A DNA stretch of 64,000 nt from the human T2T-CHM13v2.0 reference genome, Homo sapiens (GCF_009914755.1 NC_060927.1), one strand, 5' to 3'. Shown: positions 27,943-42,729, counted from the stretch's first letter. A program made the numbers and translations. The notes: generated by a model from the sequence alone, not told the origin.

Positions 27943-28620
27943 TGTCACTTATTTATTTATTGCCTCTCAGCTCCAAATCCATCTTTTTGCCTGCTCTGTG
28001 AAATGGATCTGAGCCCTTTATTTTTCTTTGCCAACTGACACAATGTTAAGGCTTGTCAGTAGAGGGCGCCAGAGAGACACAGCAGGATTTTGTTTCCTGA
28101 TATTGGTGATGGTTCACCAGCTTCTGCAGCACTTGTAGCTTCTTTGGTGCCCCCCAACTATGATGCGTGGTGGTAAGCGGCATCCACCAGCCCCTCTGTC
28201 TCTGCTTCTAGTGGGTTTATACTGGAGTGTCTCCAATGAGACTCATTCCTGAGAACAGATTTCACTGCCAACCTAGTGGAAGAATGTCTGGCAAATTCCA
28301 GAAGAAGGCAGGTTTCAGCAAGTTCTGCCAGCCCCTCTTTCATTCAGTGAGCCACAGCTCTCTCTCCCGCAGGTCTGGATCCCAGCCGTGTGTGGCGAGT
28401 GGTGGGGTAGGGGAGCTGCTTTCCTGTGGCTGCTCTATCTCAGCCCAAGGGTTGGCAGCTGCTCCTTCTATCTGCTACCCTTATATTGTTGAGCGTTATT
28501 TTCACTTCCTAGTAGCCAGTCCCTTATTACTTAAATTTCTCATTTAGTAAATAATTCTTGTCCAAATTACTCTTTCTCTTTACCTTTGAATCCACACCGA
28601 TGCAATCTTCTAGTCAAACA
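27943..28620 (+). mobile_element. LTR41-like ERVL LTR
   Basis: tgcctctcagctccaaatcca...gcttgtcagtagagggcgccagagagacac. Confidence 0.6.
28055..28071 (+). promoter_or_regulatory. candidate CTCF site
   Basis: gtcagtagagggcgcca matches the CTCF core C-A-S-Y-A-G-R-K-G-G-C-R-S. Confidence 0.55.
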
Positions 28621-28660
28621 CTGTTTTCTAAACCTAATGACCTTAAAACTAAATTCCCTC

Positions 28661-29454
28661 TGTTTGAGGAAAGAACTGAAATTGTATTTTCCACTGCTCT
28701 CATGCCACACTCAACAACAGCAACTAACACAGACAGAAGACTTCTGGGACCAAATGTGTGTTGGGGGGGTTTTGCCCCACCACCAAGCAAGCAATTCATT
28801 CTGCAGCAGACACCAGTTGGGTCCTACAATTTCATCTTGACACTCTCTACCTGGAGATAGCATCAGATCCCACGGGTTGAGGGCTCAGTCCCACAAGACT
28901 GCCCCCCTTCAGAAACTAGTCACAGGTTTGGCCTCCAGAACTTCTGACCAACCAGCTTCAAGTTGGGGTTCCCACGACAGGCTCTCTGGTTAATTTGCTG
29001 GAGTGGCTCACAGAATTCAGGGAAACACCTATGTTTACCAGTTTATTATAAAGAATATTACAAAGGAAACAGATGAAGGGATGCATAGAGCAAGCTATGG
29101 GGGAAGGAACATGGAGTTTCCCAGCCCTCTCTGGGTATGCCACCCTCCAGGAACCGCCATGTGTCTAATTATATGAAAGTTTCTGAGCCCTATCCTTTTA
29201 GGGCTTTTAGGGAGGACTTACTACCTAGGCATGATTGATTAAACCACTGGCTATTGGCCCCTTTCTTCCCAGAAGGTTGGGGACCCTGCCTTTGTCTTTC
29301 TGGTGACCAGTCCCCATCTCAAAGCTGAGGGGCTGCTGGCCATCCATCCATCATTGGCATACAAAAAGATATCACTTTGGAGATTCCAAGGATTTCAGGA
29401 GTTGTGTGCCAAGAAACAGGGATGAAGACCCTGTAGATATTTCACAATATCAAG
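28661..29454 (-). mobile_element. MER21-family LTR
   Basis: tctacctggagatagcatcagatcccacgggttgagggctcagtcccacaagactgcccc; ends ttcacaatatca; ccctc on both flanks. Confidence 0.8.
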
Positions 29455-30779
29455 CCCTCTTTTCTCGTCTGCCTGAAAGAATGACATATTTACTTTTATG
29501 CACCACATTCATGAGAACAATTGCTACTGGGGAGGGAAGAGGAAAAAAATGGAAGCAAAATGGAAAAGTTCTGTTTACCTTTTATATTTTAATTATTTTA
29601 TTAATAAGTACTTGCAACAATACTTCTGCAACTGCTAATGAAAACCAATTACAACAAAATTACTCTTCCACTTTAAATAACTACAAAACTGGAAAGAGAT
29701 ATACGAAACACTGATTTTAGGTGCCAGACTACAGCCAGCGCGTGACTATGGTGATTGAAAGAAGAAAATCAAATGAGATATGACTGACCCAGCTTATTGC
29801 CTGGAGGAAATTATTCAAGCCACAGTGTAGGGAGGGGAACAAATTCTGGCAATCTTATTTGGCTGAGAGGAGAGAGAGCTGAGTTTGGATAAGAAAAATC
29901 TGCACAGGGAGAGAGAGCTCTGGGGATTTGCACACAGAGTCCCCTTGAGTTTTTGGCTGGAAACTAATCTGTGTATGAGTAGGATGACATTTCCCCAAAC
30001 CGAGGAAAGAACAACTGGAAAACCTTAGGCTGAACAATTCACAAAGCTCACAAAGGGCTGGGAATATTTGCATTTCCACCAGTCAAAACAGAAAGACCTT
30101 GTAATAGACAGAAAAATTGATAAAGTTTTCTAAAGGGATACACCTTAGTAGCAAGGCAAAATCAGTCCCAGATTAAAGTGTGCTCTGGACCTGCCATAAT
30201 GTGCCTTGAATGAAAGCTTCAAAAGGATCATAAGGTTAATCCACAAGTAGTTACTTCTGTGGAAAGACAAAATCCAATACCAAAAGACAAAAGACAACAC
30301 AAAATTAACACTATTCAATATTAAACTAAAAATTACCAGACATGCAAAGGAGCAGTCTGCAAAAATAGACCCAAATGATGGTGTTGTACCCAAAAACCTT
30401 GAGACAGTTATTGTAAATCTAAAGGTATATTCAGAGATTTGAAAAATAAGATAACTACAATGAAAAGAGAAATACAGACATTACAAAGGCCAAAATGAAC
30501 TTCTAGAAATGAATGGTTCAATATTAAAAATTTGGAAATCACACTGGATGTGATTATCAGAAGGATAGACACCAAGAAAGAAAAGATAAGTGGCCTTCAA
30601 GGTCTAGCAATTGAAAATATCCAAAATAAAACACTGAGAAAAAGGAGTGAACAAAAAAAAAGATGCAGAACTTCAGGAAGCTGTAGGGTAATGTCAGTCT
30701 TTCTAATAAATGTGTCATTAGAGACCCCAAAATAGGGAAGTCAGTTGAAAGGAAAGACAAGAAAAAATAATAGTACAAA

Positions 30780-31321
30780 TGAGACAGAGTAGAGAAGGGA
30801 CTTGGCCCCACCCTTTACTAATATATTTCTTTTCCTTTTCTTTCTTTTTCCATTTCCTGACTGATGACCATTGGACCTTGAAGAAACTAAGATAAGCAGT
30901 GTTCCATCATAAGTCTTACTCAGGGAAAGTAACTTTATCATCTGCAGTGCACAAGACCAGAAGAATGACCGATCTTTACCCCTCACCTCATTATAACACT
31001 AAAACCTCTGCCAAGGGGGTTCTTATCTGCCATTTTCTGCTCATGTGATGTATGTGTTAGCATGATCCCTTACTACACCTGAGCATCCTGCACTCCACCC
31101 CATACATGTAGTGATGCTCACCTACTTCTTGAATTATTAATGTCACCTCCTTAAGACACTGCAATGCACTCCCCTCTGGGAGCCGGCTGGAGAAATTTTG
31201 CTCCAGTACTGTCTCCCTTGTGTTCCAGCATAACCCCCTAATAAAGCTTTGTCTGGGAAACTTGCTTGGCTTCATGTCAACTTCTATTATATGAGAGCCT
31301 AAGGACCTATGAACACTAACA
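30780..31321 (+). mobile_element. ERV1-class solo LTR (subfamily uncertain)
   Basis: TG...CA termini (tgagacagagtag...ctaaca) with AATAAA near the 3' end. Confidence 0.65.
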
Positions 31322-31426
31322 AAAATATTCTCAGATCTAATGAAAACAAAAATCACAGTTGGAAGAATTTTAACAAACCCAAGTAGAGGAAAGGTAAAGA
31401 ACAGAACAATAATATGCATAAGAATC

Positions 31427-31894
31427 TATGAAAGGAAAATAGATCTTGGGGCCCTAAAATCACTAAGCTACAGGGAATAGTCGAGCTGGGAACTGCTTAG
31501 GGCAAACCTGCCTCCCATTCTATTCAAAGTCATCCCTCTGCTCACTGAGACAAATGCATATATGATTTGCCTCCTTTGGAAAGGCTAATCAGAAACTCAA
31601 AAGAATACAACCATTTGTCTCTTATCTACCCATCGCCTGGAAGCCCCTCCCTATTTCACGTTGTTCTGCCTTGACTTTGAGTTGTACTGCCTTTCCCGAC
31701 CAAACCAATGTTCATCTTTCGTATAATGATTGATGTCTCATGTCATCCTAAAATGTATAAAGCCAAGTTGTGATCAGACCCCCATGGGCACATGCCATCA
31801 GGACTTCCAGAAGCTGTGTCATGGGCACGCATCCTTAACTTTGGCAAAATAAACGTCCTAAACTGAGAACTGTCTCAGATATTTGAGGTTCAAA
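31427..31894 (+). mobile_element. MER4A/MER4A1 solo LTR
   Basis: gaaaggaaaatagatcttggggccctaaaatcactaagcta...gggcaaacctgcctcccattctattcaaagtc. Confidence 0.88.
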
Positions 31895-33769
31895 AATTAA
31901 ACTGCTAAAAGCAAGTGATTAAAAAAGAAACATTTTTTAAAAGCAGCCGAAGGGAAAAAAGACAAAGACAAAAAGAAAAACAAAAATAAGAATGACAGAA
32001 GACTTCTCATCAGAAACTATGCAAGCCAGAAAATAATAAAGAGGCACTTTTAAAAAATGAGGGAAAGAAAGAGACGTTAATCTAGAGTTTTTTAAATAGT
32101 TAATGTATATTTTTAAAATGAAAACAATATAAAGACATTTTCAGTTAAACAAAAGCTAAGAAGTTTCATCACTAGCAGATCTGCACTATCAGAGCTGTTA
32201 AAGGATTTTTTTCAGGCAGAACGAAAATGATAACATGAAATATTTGATTGTCACAAGGGACGAAAGAGTAAGAGTGTCAAAATTGGTAGTTGTGTCAGTA
32301 TTAGATGTTTATGGTTTATATAATTTACTCTCACTCTTTAACCAAACTTTCACTGAAAACATACACAATACCTTGAAAACAGAATTCACTGAAGATTCAT
32401 TCAACTCAATATACACAAACTCAATTTTTACTGTTGTCCAACAGCACTTTTTTGATTATTATATGATTTCTGAGATTACTTCCTATAGCACAGTTTCTAG
32501 AAATTAAGAAACCTGTTTTGCCTTTTTCTATTATCTTCACATCCCTTCAGCCATCATGGGGGAATTTGAAAATAAGAAGGGTATCTAAAAGTTTTAGAAC
32601 TAATAAACAACATGTGGTATATCCAGAAATTTAAAGGAACAAATTACTGACACATGCAACTACATGGATTATTACCCCCAAAAGCATAATGCTAAGTAAA
32701 ATAAGTCAGAAACAAAAGACTTCATAATGCATAATATATAATCCACTTACATAAAATTTTAGAAACAGGCAAAACTATAGCAAAAGAAAACTACATTCAT
32801 CTATGCCATGTAGTGTTTGCGTAGCAGATTAATGGAACGAAACAGAGAGTCCAAAATAGATCCACACATACATGGTCAACTGATTTTCAGCAACATTGTT
32901 AAGAAAATTCATCAAATAAAAGGTAGTCCATCTACAAATATTGCTAGAAAAATTGGATATACATATAGGACAAAATGAACTTAGACTTTTGTGTCATTTC
33001 ACATATAAAAATTAGTAAGAAATGAATAGTAGGCCTAAACATAAAAGCTTACTCTTAAATTATGAAAGGTCACACAAAGAGTTTTAGATATGGCACAAAA
33101 AGAATGAATCATAGAATAAGCCTATGGATAATTTGAGAGTTCATCGAAATTAAAAACTTTTGCTCTTTGAAAGACATTTCTAACAAAATGAAAGAGCAAG
33201 CCAGGGACTGGGAGAAGCTACTTAGAAAAATATCTCTGATAAAAGGTTTGTATACAGAATGTACAAAGAACTCTTACAACTCTATATCAAGAAGAAAAGC
33301 AGCATGATAAAAATATTGAGCAAGAGATAAAACAAGATATGTGAATAGGAAATAAACGCATGAAAAAAGGCTCAATGTCCTTGATCTTCAGAAATACGAA
33401 GATGAAAACTTGGAAGAGTTGCTACTACATATTCATTTTCATGACTTAGATGTAAAAGATTGACCATACCAAGTGTTGTGAAGGATATGAAGCCCTTGTA
33501 CCTTCCAGATATTGCTGCTGGGAGTGTAAAATTTTACAACTACTTTGGAAAACAGTTTGGCATTTTCTTAAATTGTTAACTATACACTTGCCATATGACC
33601 CAACAACCCAATCATTTGTATTTACCTTAGAGAAGTGGAACCTATATCTACCCAATGACTTACACGCAAATATCTTTAGCAGCTTTATTTATAATAGACA
33701 GAAATGGAAAACAACAACAATTAAGCAGGAAACTGTATAAGCACTTTGATGGAACTATCTTATTTCAGT

Positions 33770-34130
33770 AATAGTACCTACAAAAGAGGTATGGAAGTTT
33801 AGGAAGATCCAGTAACTTGCTCAAAGCCATAGATGAAATTGGCAAAGGCAAGATTCCTACTCATCTCTGTTTTCCCTTAACTACTTATTTTACAAAGCCG
33901 ACACTAACAGGTGAGTGCAAGTTTTCTGCTAAGTGCTTTTGAAACATTGTCTTATTTAATCCCCACTAAAGTCTTCCGGGCATTATTAGCTCAATTTGTA
34001 GATTAGGAAACTGAGATTTAGATGTCAGTTAACCTGACTAAAGTTTTACAGATAAAAAGAAGTGAAGGAATCTGATATTCAAGTATTTGAACCCAGATAT
34101 GTGTGATCCAAAAACCTGTGTCCTTATACA
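33770..34130 (-). mobile_element. MIR fragments
   Basis: gtaacttgctcaaagccat; tttgtagattaggaaactgagatttaga...atttgaacccag. Confidence 0.7.
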
Positions 34131-34611
34131 TTGATTTCTTCTACTACAGTGTATGCTTCTTATGATAGTCAGTTATATACAGCAACTTCACTGGGCCTCA
34201 GAGCACCCAGATATTTGGTAAAACATAATTGTGGGTGTGTCTATGAGGGTGTTTTTGGATGAGGTTAACATTTGAATGGGTAAACTGAGTAAAACAGATC
34301 ACCCTCCCTAGTGTAGATGAGCCTTATCCTCTGTTGGAGTCGTGAATAGAACAAAAAGCCTGAGTGAGGGAGAATTCTCTTTCTCTGCCTGACTGCCTTA
34401 GAGCTGAGACATTGGTCTTCTGCTTCCTGCCTCTGACTCGAACTTGAACTTACATCATCAGCTTTCTTAGTTTTCAGGTCTTAAGAATGGAACTGGAACT
34501 ATACCCACTGGCTCTCCTGGATCTTAGCCTGCGGAATACAGATCCTGGGACTTCTCAGTCTCCATAATCTCATGAGCCAATCTCATAATAATTTATAAAT
34601 TATAATAATAT

Positions 34612-34889
34612 TTTTTTGAGACAGAGCCTCCATCTGTTGCCCAGGCTGTAGTGCTGTGGTGCCATCAGGGCTCATTGCATCCTTGACTTCCAGGCTCAAA
34701 CGATCTTCCCACCTCAGCCTCTTGAATAGCTCGGACTACAGGCATGCGCCGCTGCAGCCGGGTAATTTACTTTTATTTTTATATTTTGTAGAGACAGGAT
34801 TCTCCCTGTATTGTCTTGGGCTCAAGCAATCCTCCAGCCTCAGCCTCCCGAAGTGCTGGGGTTACAGGTGTGAGCCACCATGCCTGGCC
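34612..34889 (-). mobile_element. AluJ
   Basis: antisense Alu with small internal deletion. Confidence 0.9.
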
Positions 34890-34949
34890 AATAACTTATT
34901 TTTTATAATTTTTATAATAATGAATAATAAGGTAAATATAGATAAATTT

Positions 34950-35280
34950 ATATCATAGTAGTAGGATATATTACATAGATGTATGTATTTATATAATAGG
35001 ATATATTACAGTATATAATACAAAATATATATACAATATATAGTATACAAAATAATATGTTATATATTATATATTACATATACATAATAATATGTAATGT
35101 ACACTATATATTATATAATACATAACATATTATATATAATATATGTTATATTAGGTTGGTGCAAAAGTAATTACAGTTTTCCCATTACTTTTAATAAATA
35201 TGTACATAAAAATAGGATTCTGTTACTTCTATATAATACATAGGACATATATACATACATATATATATGTATATATAAAA
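34950..35280. repeat. AT-rich / (TA)n low-complexity tract
   Basis: degenerate TATA/TACA repeats. Confidence 0.85.
35151..35195. mobile_element. MADE1 (Hsmar1 MITE), one half
   Basis: ttaggttggtgcaaaagtaattacagttttcccattactttt, preceded by TA. Confidence 0.85.
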
Positions 35281-36120
35281 TGGGATTCTGTTTATGTTTA
35301 TCTGGAAAACCTTGACTAATACCCTTCCTAAGGATGAATTTCTTCATAAGAAAAGAATACCCTTATTGAAGCCCACTTGTGCCAGGTAATGCAGTACAGC
35401 TGTGAATGAGCAGCTCCATCCTAAGGAATTATGGAACATCTCATTAGATTTTCAATGCACGGATCATGGTATAAGTGTACTAGGAGACCTCGAAAAAAAG
35501 AAACTGATGGATTCTGTTTTTATCAATCATCTAATAAAGTAAAAATGTAAATAATAAAGCAACGAATTGAATAAGCTGAGATAAAGAATTAGGAAAGCAA
35601 CTATCTTGGAGATGTCACAATAGAATAATCACAAATTGACAGGATTTAGAATCTTTTGGTCCTCTTGAGTCTACTTAAGAATTTATATCCCAAGTGTCAT
35701 AAAAGTACTCCGATCCTTGAATGGAAACATGCATTTTGCAAGTTAAAGGTTGACACAGATCTTGTTCCACGTCATTTTGCTTGGGTACAGTACTAAAGGA
35801 GAATATCTTCCGCCACTTTTTGAACAATTATCTTTTCAAAGGGAAATGCATCCTCTTTGTTCTTTTTTTAGGTCCCAAAATATCTAATAGTAGAAGTGAA
35901 AACCCCCTAAGAATTATAAATGTTTATGTTCATTAAATTTTAAGGGAAAGAGGATAATATATGTGATTGAATTATTTGCATTTTCATAGAAACAATTGGC
36001 TTTCAACTAGCAATTTTGACATGATCAAAGATAGATTTTTTTTCCATTAGATTTCAGTGTAGTGCTATAAACAAGCTCCATAAGTGCAGGCTTTGAAATT
36101 TTTTTCTCTAACAATAAATA

Positions 36121-36156
36121 TGCGTGTGTGTGTGTGTGTCTGTGTGTCTGGGTGTG
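36121..36156. repeat. imperfect (TG)n microsatellite
   Basis: direct reading. Confidence 0.85.
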
Positions 36157-38559
36157 CTTTAAGAAGTTATTGATGGCAAAGAAATAGAGTTACATGTAAC
36201 AAAACACCAAGAAAGATTTAGTATGTCTCATAAAATGCTGTATCCAGACCTGTGACAAGCCTAATAATGTCAGAGAAATGAGAGGCAATAAAGTCTTCCT
36301 TTAATTTATTATTGGCAAGGCATCTGCTAAGATGAGGTACATAAACCACAGGACACCTGGATGAAAATATGTGTATGACTTTCTGTAGATTGCCGTGGAG
36401 AAGGGGATAAAGAAAACATTCCACAAAATGGGAAATTTTATTTCTATATTTAATTGTACTGAGAATTATTGGATGTATCCAAATGGTTTTACACACTATT
36501 TAAAGGATTAATCATCTCTTTCTCCCACTACCTTGCCTTTAAGCATACACTTGAACTTTTTTTACTTAATGAGCAACTTAGTCTAATAGGTGCATATTTT
36601 AAGACCATTTTCATCTATCCTTGATTGTTGAAAGTATGTATGCATATTTACAAAATAAAGCAAATCTTATATGCATATATATGTTATTATTCTCCTCTGG
36701 CACTCAGCTCTCCTTCAAAGTTATTTTTGAAATCCCAGCAGTTTGATGGCTCTTTAATAAATACATTAAGAATGCAGGAAGTTTATTTTATTCAACCTTT
36801 GTGCATACCTGAAAGCTAATTGCATGGGAATTCTTGTGGAACTCTTAAAATGCAGGGATTTGGGGTAGTAGCATAGGATGCAACCTTACAAAATTGTTTA
36901 AAAATATAATTGGCTGTATTTAAGCCAGTGATATTTAGGCTATAATTAAGAGTATTTCCCTCAAAACACAACACTGCTTTATTCCCTACTAAAGTCTCCT
37001 TAAATGTATCAAAACTCTCACTGTTTCTACATTTTAAAAATGAAAATTTAAGCCATATTACTAAAGCTCAGTGCAAACCCCCACAGATGGCAACTTCAAA
37101 ACCAGTTTGGCAAGTGGTTCCTGGACCCATTTTCTGTGATGATATTCATTGATATTGATTGAGGACTTAATATAAGTAAATCACAGAGAAGTAGGTACTA
37201 GAATATTTCAGTGTGCTTAGAACTTAGATGATTTTGCTTCAGTTTTATGCAGAGGTTCTAGAGTATTTTTTTACCCTTAAATGAAAGGCCTGAGAAAGAA
37301 CAGAGTCAAGTAAAATACATATAAATAGTTTCCATTTACCTGTGTTGAATTCTACAAGTTGATTTAAATTTTGATTCCTTGTATATTACAGCACTGTGCC
37401 TATCTATTCTGCATAGTTGTATACGTATTGAAACAAGTTCCCCAAATATAAAATCTTTAAAATGGCTATCTCTCAGAAGCAACAACATAGCACCATAACT
37501 AATTGATGGCTCCTTGCCTTACCAATATAGTTATCTCATAGTTATCTCCCCTTTTACAGAGGAGCCTTAAAAGATAAAATTATTTGTCCTGCGTTAAATA
37601 AACTGTAAGTTACAAAAACACACTTCAAAAGTAGTTATTCAATTTAAAATGCCATGTATTTATTCTTATTCTTTTGTTAGTAAAAAACTATGAATAATGT
37701 GCATTTTAACGAAATATTTTAAGCATACAGAAATCAGCTCTTTCCAGAGAATCTGTTTCAGTCTTGTGACAGTAATTTGTTCAATGGATTCTATGTCTCA
37801 CTGTGCTTTGGTATCATCCAGAAGAACTTAAACAATAGATATATTTCTGGGAATGAATGCCATTCATTAGAATCTGAAGCAACAAGTATGAGGTGGAGCC
37901 TAACATTCTGTCTATTGTATTTCCTTTTCACAGTCAAGTATTTCTGTTGCACAGCCAGGTGTGGGAATTACTGGAGACAGAGCTGCCTGATGTAACATAG
38001 AGCACTGCCATTTTTCCCCCAGGTTCTACAACAGTATTTTCCTTCATCTAAGAGGAGGAATATTCTGTGCAAGGTTGTGGTTTAAGAAAGTGTCCTGGAC
38101 CTTCTTTAGCTGGTGGAATCTTCCTTAAGACTGACTTATTTTTTTCTTTTAACTAATATGATTCTAGTCATATGCATTAGACACATTAGACACATACCCA
38201 ATTATTTTTGCAATGTGTATGTTCTTACTATCTTAAGTTGGCAACTACAAGTATTTCATATTGTATTGAGCTATTCTAAGCAGAGGAATATATACGATCT
38301 AAGGTAACCAATTCTAGACTTCTAGACACATTATGAGCTGATGAGTCCAAACATCACACACAAATACTGGCTGTAATGTTATTCTATGCAAAAGACACAT
38401 AATAACATGTTTTTACACTAGTCTGCTTTATTATGCTAATTGGAACTTTCTCATTAAGTGCAACAACTTGTAACAAAGTAAAATACTACATAGATAAATA
38501 ATAGTTCTTCAAAATCATACTAGTAGTTTTGAAGTGTTAATCATTTTCCCTGACTTCTC

Positions 38560-38890
38560 CAGTTTCAAAATGTTCAAACCTGCAGAAATGTTGAAATAGT
38601 ATAACACTGGCTGTTGTTTCTTTAGATTCATAATTGTTGACCTACTACCCTCTGTTTGCATGTTTGTCTATCTCGCCAAATACACTTTTTATTTCATTCT
38701 ATTAAACCGTAAGAAAGTACTTGGAAAGTATTTAAACTTTTATTTCTAAATATTTTGATGTGCATCTCCTTGGGAAAAGACATTCTCCTCTACAAACACA
38801 ATGCTATTATCATACCTAAGAAAATTAACATTAATAAAATATCATCTAACGTAAGTGTTATTTAAATATTACCCAATTATCCCCAATGGC
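38560..38890 (-). mobile_element. L1MC-type 3' fragment
   Basis: agacattctcctctacaaacacaatgctattatcatacctaagaaaattaaca. Confidence 0.6.
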
Positions 38891-38894
38891 TTAA

Positions 38895-39128
38895 ATTTTT
38901 TATTGTAAATTGGCAAATTATAGTTGTATATATTTATGGATTACAAAGTGATGTTATAATTTGTTAATACAATGTGGAATAATTAAAATCAAGCTAATTA
39001 ATCTATCCATCACTTTAAACACCTATCCATTTTTTGTGATAAGAACATATGAAATTTACTCTCTTAGCAATTTAAAAATGTGTAGCACACTATTATTCAT
39101 TAATCCACCACACTATGCACGTGATCTC

Positions 39129-39159
<31 letters not shown>

Positions 39160-40255
39160 AAACAACCTCATTTCCTCGTGTAACCAAGGCTTTGTACCCT
39201 TCAACCACCACCTTCTCATTCCTCCCAACCCCCAGCCTCTGGTAGCCATCTTTCTACTCTTGTTTTTTTCTGAGTTCGATTGTTTTAGATTCCGCCTATA
39301 AGTAAGAACATGTGATATTTGTCTTTCTGTGTCTGGTTTATTTTACTTAGCATACTATTCTCCAATCCCATCCATGTTGCCACAAATGACAGAATTTCTT
39401 TCCTTTTTAAGATGGAATGGTAGTCATTGTGGATATATACCAATTTTCTTTATCCATTCCTCTGTTGATAGACAGAGGTGGATACCATAGCTTGGCTGTT
39501 GTGAATAGGGCTGTGATGAACACTGAAGTGCAGATGTCTGTACAGATTTCAGATCTTTTGGGTAAACACCAAGGCATGGATTTGCTGAATTATATGGTAA
39601 TTCCATTTTTTTTTTGTTTTTTTGAAGAATCTCCCAACAGTTTTACATAATGGCTGTATAAGTTACACTCTTACCAACAGTGTACAAAAGTTCTCACTTC
39701 TCTACGTTTTCATCAACACTTGCTGTATTTTATCTTTTTCATAACAGCCTGACAGTTGTGAGGTGACATCTCAATTTGGTTTTACTTTGCATTTCTCTAA
39801 TGATTAGTGATGATGAGCATTTTTTTCATATATCTGTTGGCTATTTGTATGTCTTTCTGGGGTCAATGTCTATTCTGGTTCCTTGCCCATTTTTCATCAG
39901 ATTTTTTGTTTTCTTTCTATAGAATTGTTTGAGTTTCTTATATATTTTGGATTTTAAACCTTTATCAGATGTATAGCTTGCAAATATCTTTTCCCACTTT
40001 GCAGATTGTCTCTTGACTCTGGTTGATTGTTTCCTTTGTTTTGCAGAAGATTTTTATTTTGGTGCAATCCAGTTTATCTATTCCTACTTTTCTGACCTGT
40101 ACTTTTGGGGTCAAATCTAGAAAATCACCCCCCAAACCAATGTTATATCATTTTTCCCCCTGTGTTTTCTTCTAGTAGTTTTGTAGTTTCAGGCCTGATG
40201 TTTAAATATTTAAACTATTTTGAGTTAATTTTTGTATATAGTGTGAGATAAGAGT
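38895..40255 (-). mobile_element. L1MA 3' end
   Basis: aattatagttgtatatatttatgg...atccatgttgccacaaatgacagaattt...taatgattagtgatgatgagcatttttt. Confidence 0.88.
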
Positions 40256-40720
40256 ACATATTCAGGATATTAGTCTTTTGTCAAATATGTCATTTCTAAA
40301 TGTTTACTCCCAGTCAGCAGCTTTATATTTTCATACTTTAATAGGGTCTTTTACAGAGAAAAAGTATTTTAATTTTGATGAGAACAGATTTGCCAATTTT
40401 TCCGTTTATGAATCATACCATTGGTGTCAACCCTAAAAATTCCTTTTCTCATCCTATATTCCAAAGATTTTCTCCTATTTTTCTAGATATTTTATAGTTT
40501 TACATTTTACTTGTAAGTCTATGATCCATTTTAATATCAAGTTAATTTTTGTATAGGATGTGATGTTTAGGTTGAGGATCACTTTTTTATGCTTATGGAT
40601 GTCCAGTTGCTTCTGCACCATTTGTTGAAAACACTTTTCTTCCTCTATAGAGTTGCTTCTATTTGTTTGTAAAAAAAATCACTTTTCCATATTTGAGTGG
40701 GCCTATTTCTGGGTTTCCTA

Positions 40721-41106
<386 letters not shown>

Positions 41107-41415
41107 AAGACTTAATACTTTTAGTATCATTCTTCCCACACTATTCTGCTTTGTCAAGATTATTTTAGCTATTCTTGAGCCAGGCCTTTACATATGAATT
41201 TTATAATAAGTTTTCTATGTCTACAAAAACCTTATTGGGGTTTTGATAGGAACTGCATTAAACTGATAGATAGATTAATTTAGGAAGAATTGATATCATT
41301 CTTATGCTGAGTCTCCCAACCCATAAAATAAGGTACAGTTCTACATTTATTTAAATATTTTTAAAATTTCATATTTTACTTTTTAGTGTACAAATTGTAT
41401 ATACATACCTATGTA

Positions 41416-41719
<304 letters not shown>

Positions 41720-42197
41720 TATATATATATATATATTCATTCTTAAGTGTATACCTACATGAATATTTCTTTTCCTTTTTTAAAAATAAAAGCAATTAGC
41801 ACCTTGAATCTTTATTTGAGTAATTGTAAGTGGTATTATATTTTTAGTTTTTGTTCTGCATGTTCATTCTTAGTACACAGAAATGAGATTGAATTTTATG
41901 TATTGAACTTCTATGCTGCCATCTTGCCAAATTCACTTATTACTTCTAGAGAATTTTTGTAGATTACTTGGAATTTACTACATAGACACGTTATCTGCAA
42001 GTAGAGATAGTATTCTTTTTTTCTTTACAACCTATATGCCTTTTACTTATTTATCTTGCCTTATCGAGATGTCTAGATATTCCAGCACTGTGTTAAATAA
42101 GAGTAATGAGAGCAGACATTTTTACCTTGTGTATAATCTTAGAGAAGAAGCATTCCATCTTTTGCCATTAAATACGTTAGCTATAGTTATACATGCT

Positions 42198-42530
42198 GCT
42201 ATTGAATAAAGGTTTATGTCCCCCCAAAATTCCATTTTGAAACACTAACCCCCAATATAATTGTATTAGGAGATGGGGACTTTGGTAGATGAGTAGGCCA
42301 TAAATGCAGAGTTCTTATAAATGAGATTAGAGTCCTAATAAAAGAGGCCTGGGAGTGCTCCCTTACCTCTTTCTGCCATGTGAGCACACAGGGAGAGGAC
42401 AGCTATCTATGAACTGGGAAGCAGGCCCTCTCCAAACACTGATGCCTTGATCTTGGACTTCCCAACTTCCAGAACTATCAGGAGTATATGTCTGTTGTTT
42501 ACAAGCCACTAAGTCTGTTACAGAATCCTG
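42198..42530 (+). mobile_element. MLT1A/MLT1A0 LTR
   Basis: tgtcccccaaaatt...gccttgatcttggacttcccaacttccagaact. Confidence 0.82.
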
Positions 42531-42729
42531 TTCAAAATAAGCAAAATGCTTTATGTCAACTGGATACAATTATTTAGTCCTATTTTTCTAACTGTTTTTA
42601 TCATGAATGGGCATCAAACTTTGTCAAATGATTTTTCTATATTAACTGATATGATTTTATGATTTTTCTTCTTAAGAAAAATGGATGGATTCTGTTGACT
42701 AATTTTTATACGTTGAACTGGCCTACTGG

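Larger units (their letters stand above)
29620..33720 (+). mobile_element. old L1M (5'UTR/ORF1 to ORF2-3' fragments), interrupted by two LTRs
   Basis: gacttctcatcagaaactatgcaagccagaa, cactagcagatctgcacta, ttggaaaacagtttggca; probably more than one element. Confidence 0.7.
34161..35322 (+). mobile_element. MLT2 (ERVL) LTR containing AluJ, AT-rich expansion and half MADE1
   Basis: cccagatatttggtaaaacataatt...tttggatgaggttaacatttgaat...; end tctggaaaaccttgactaatac. Confidence 0.85.
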
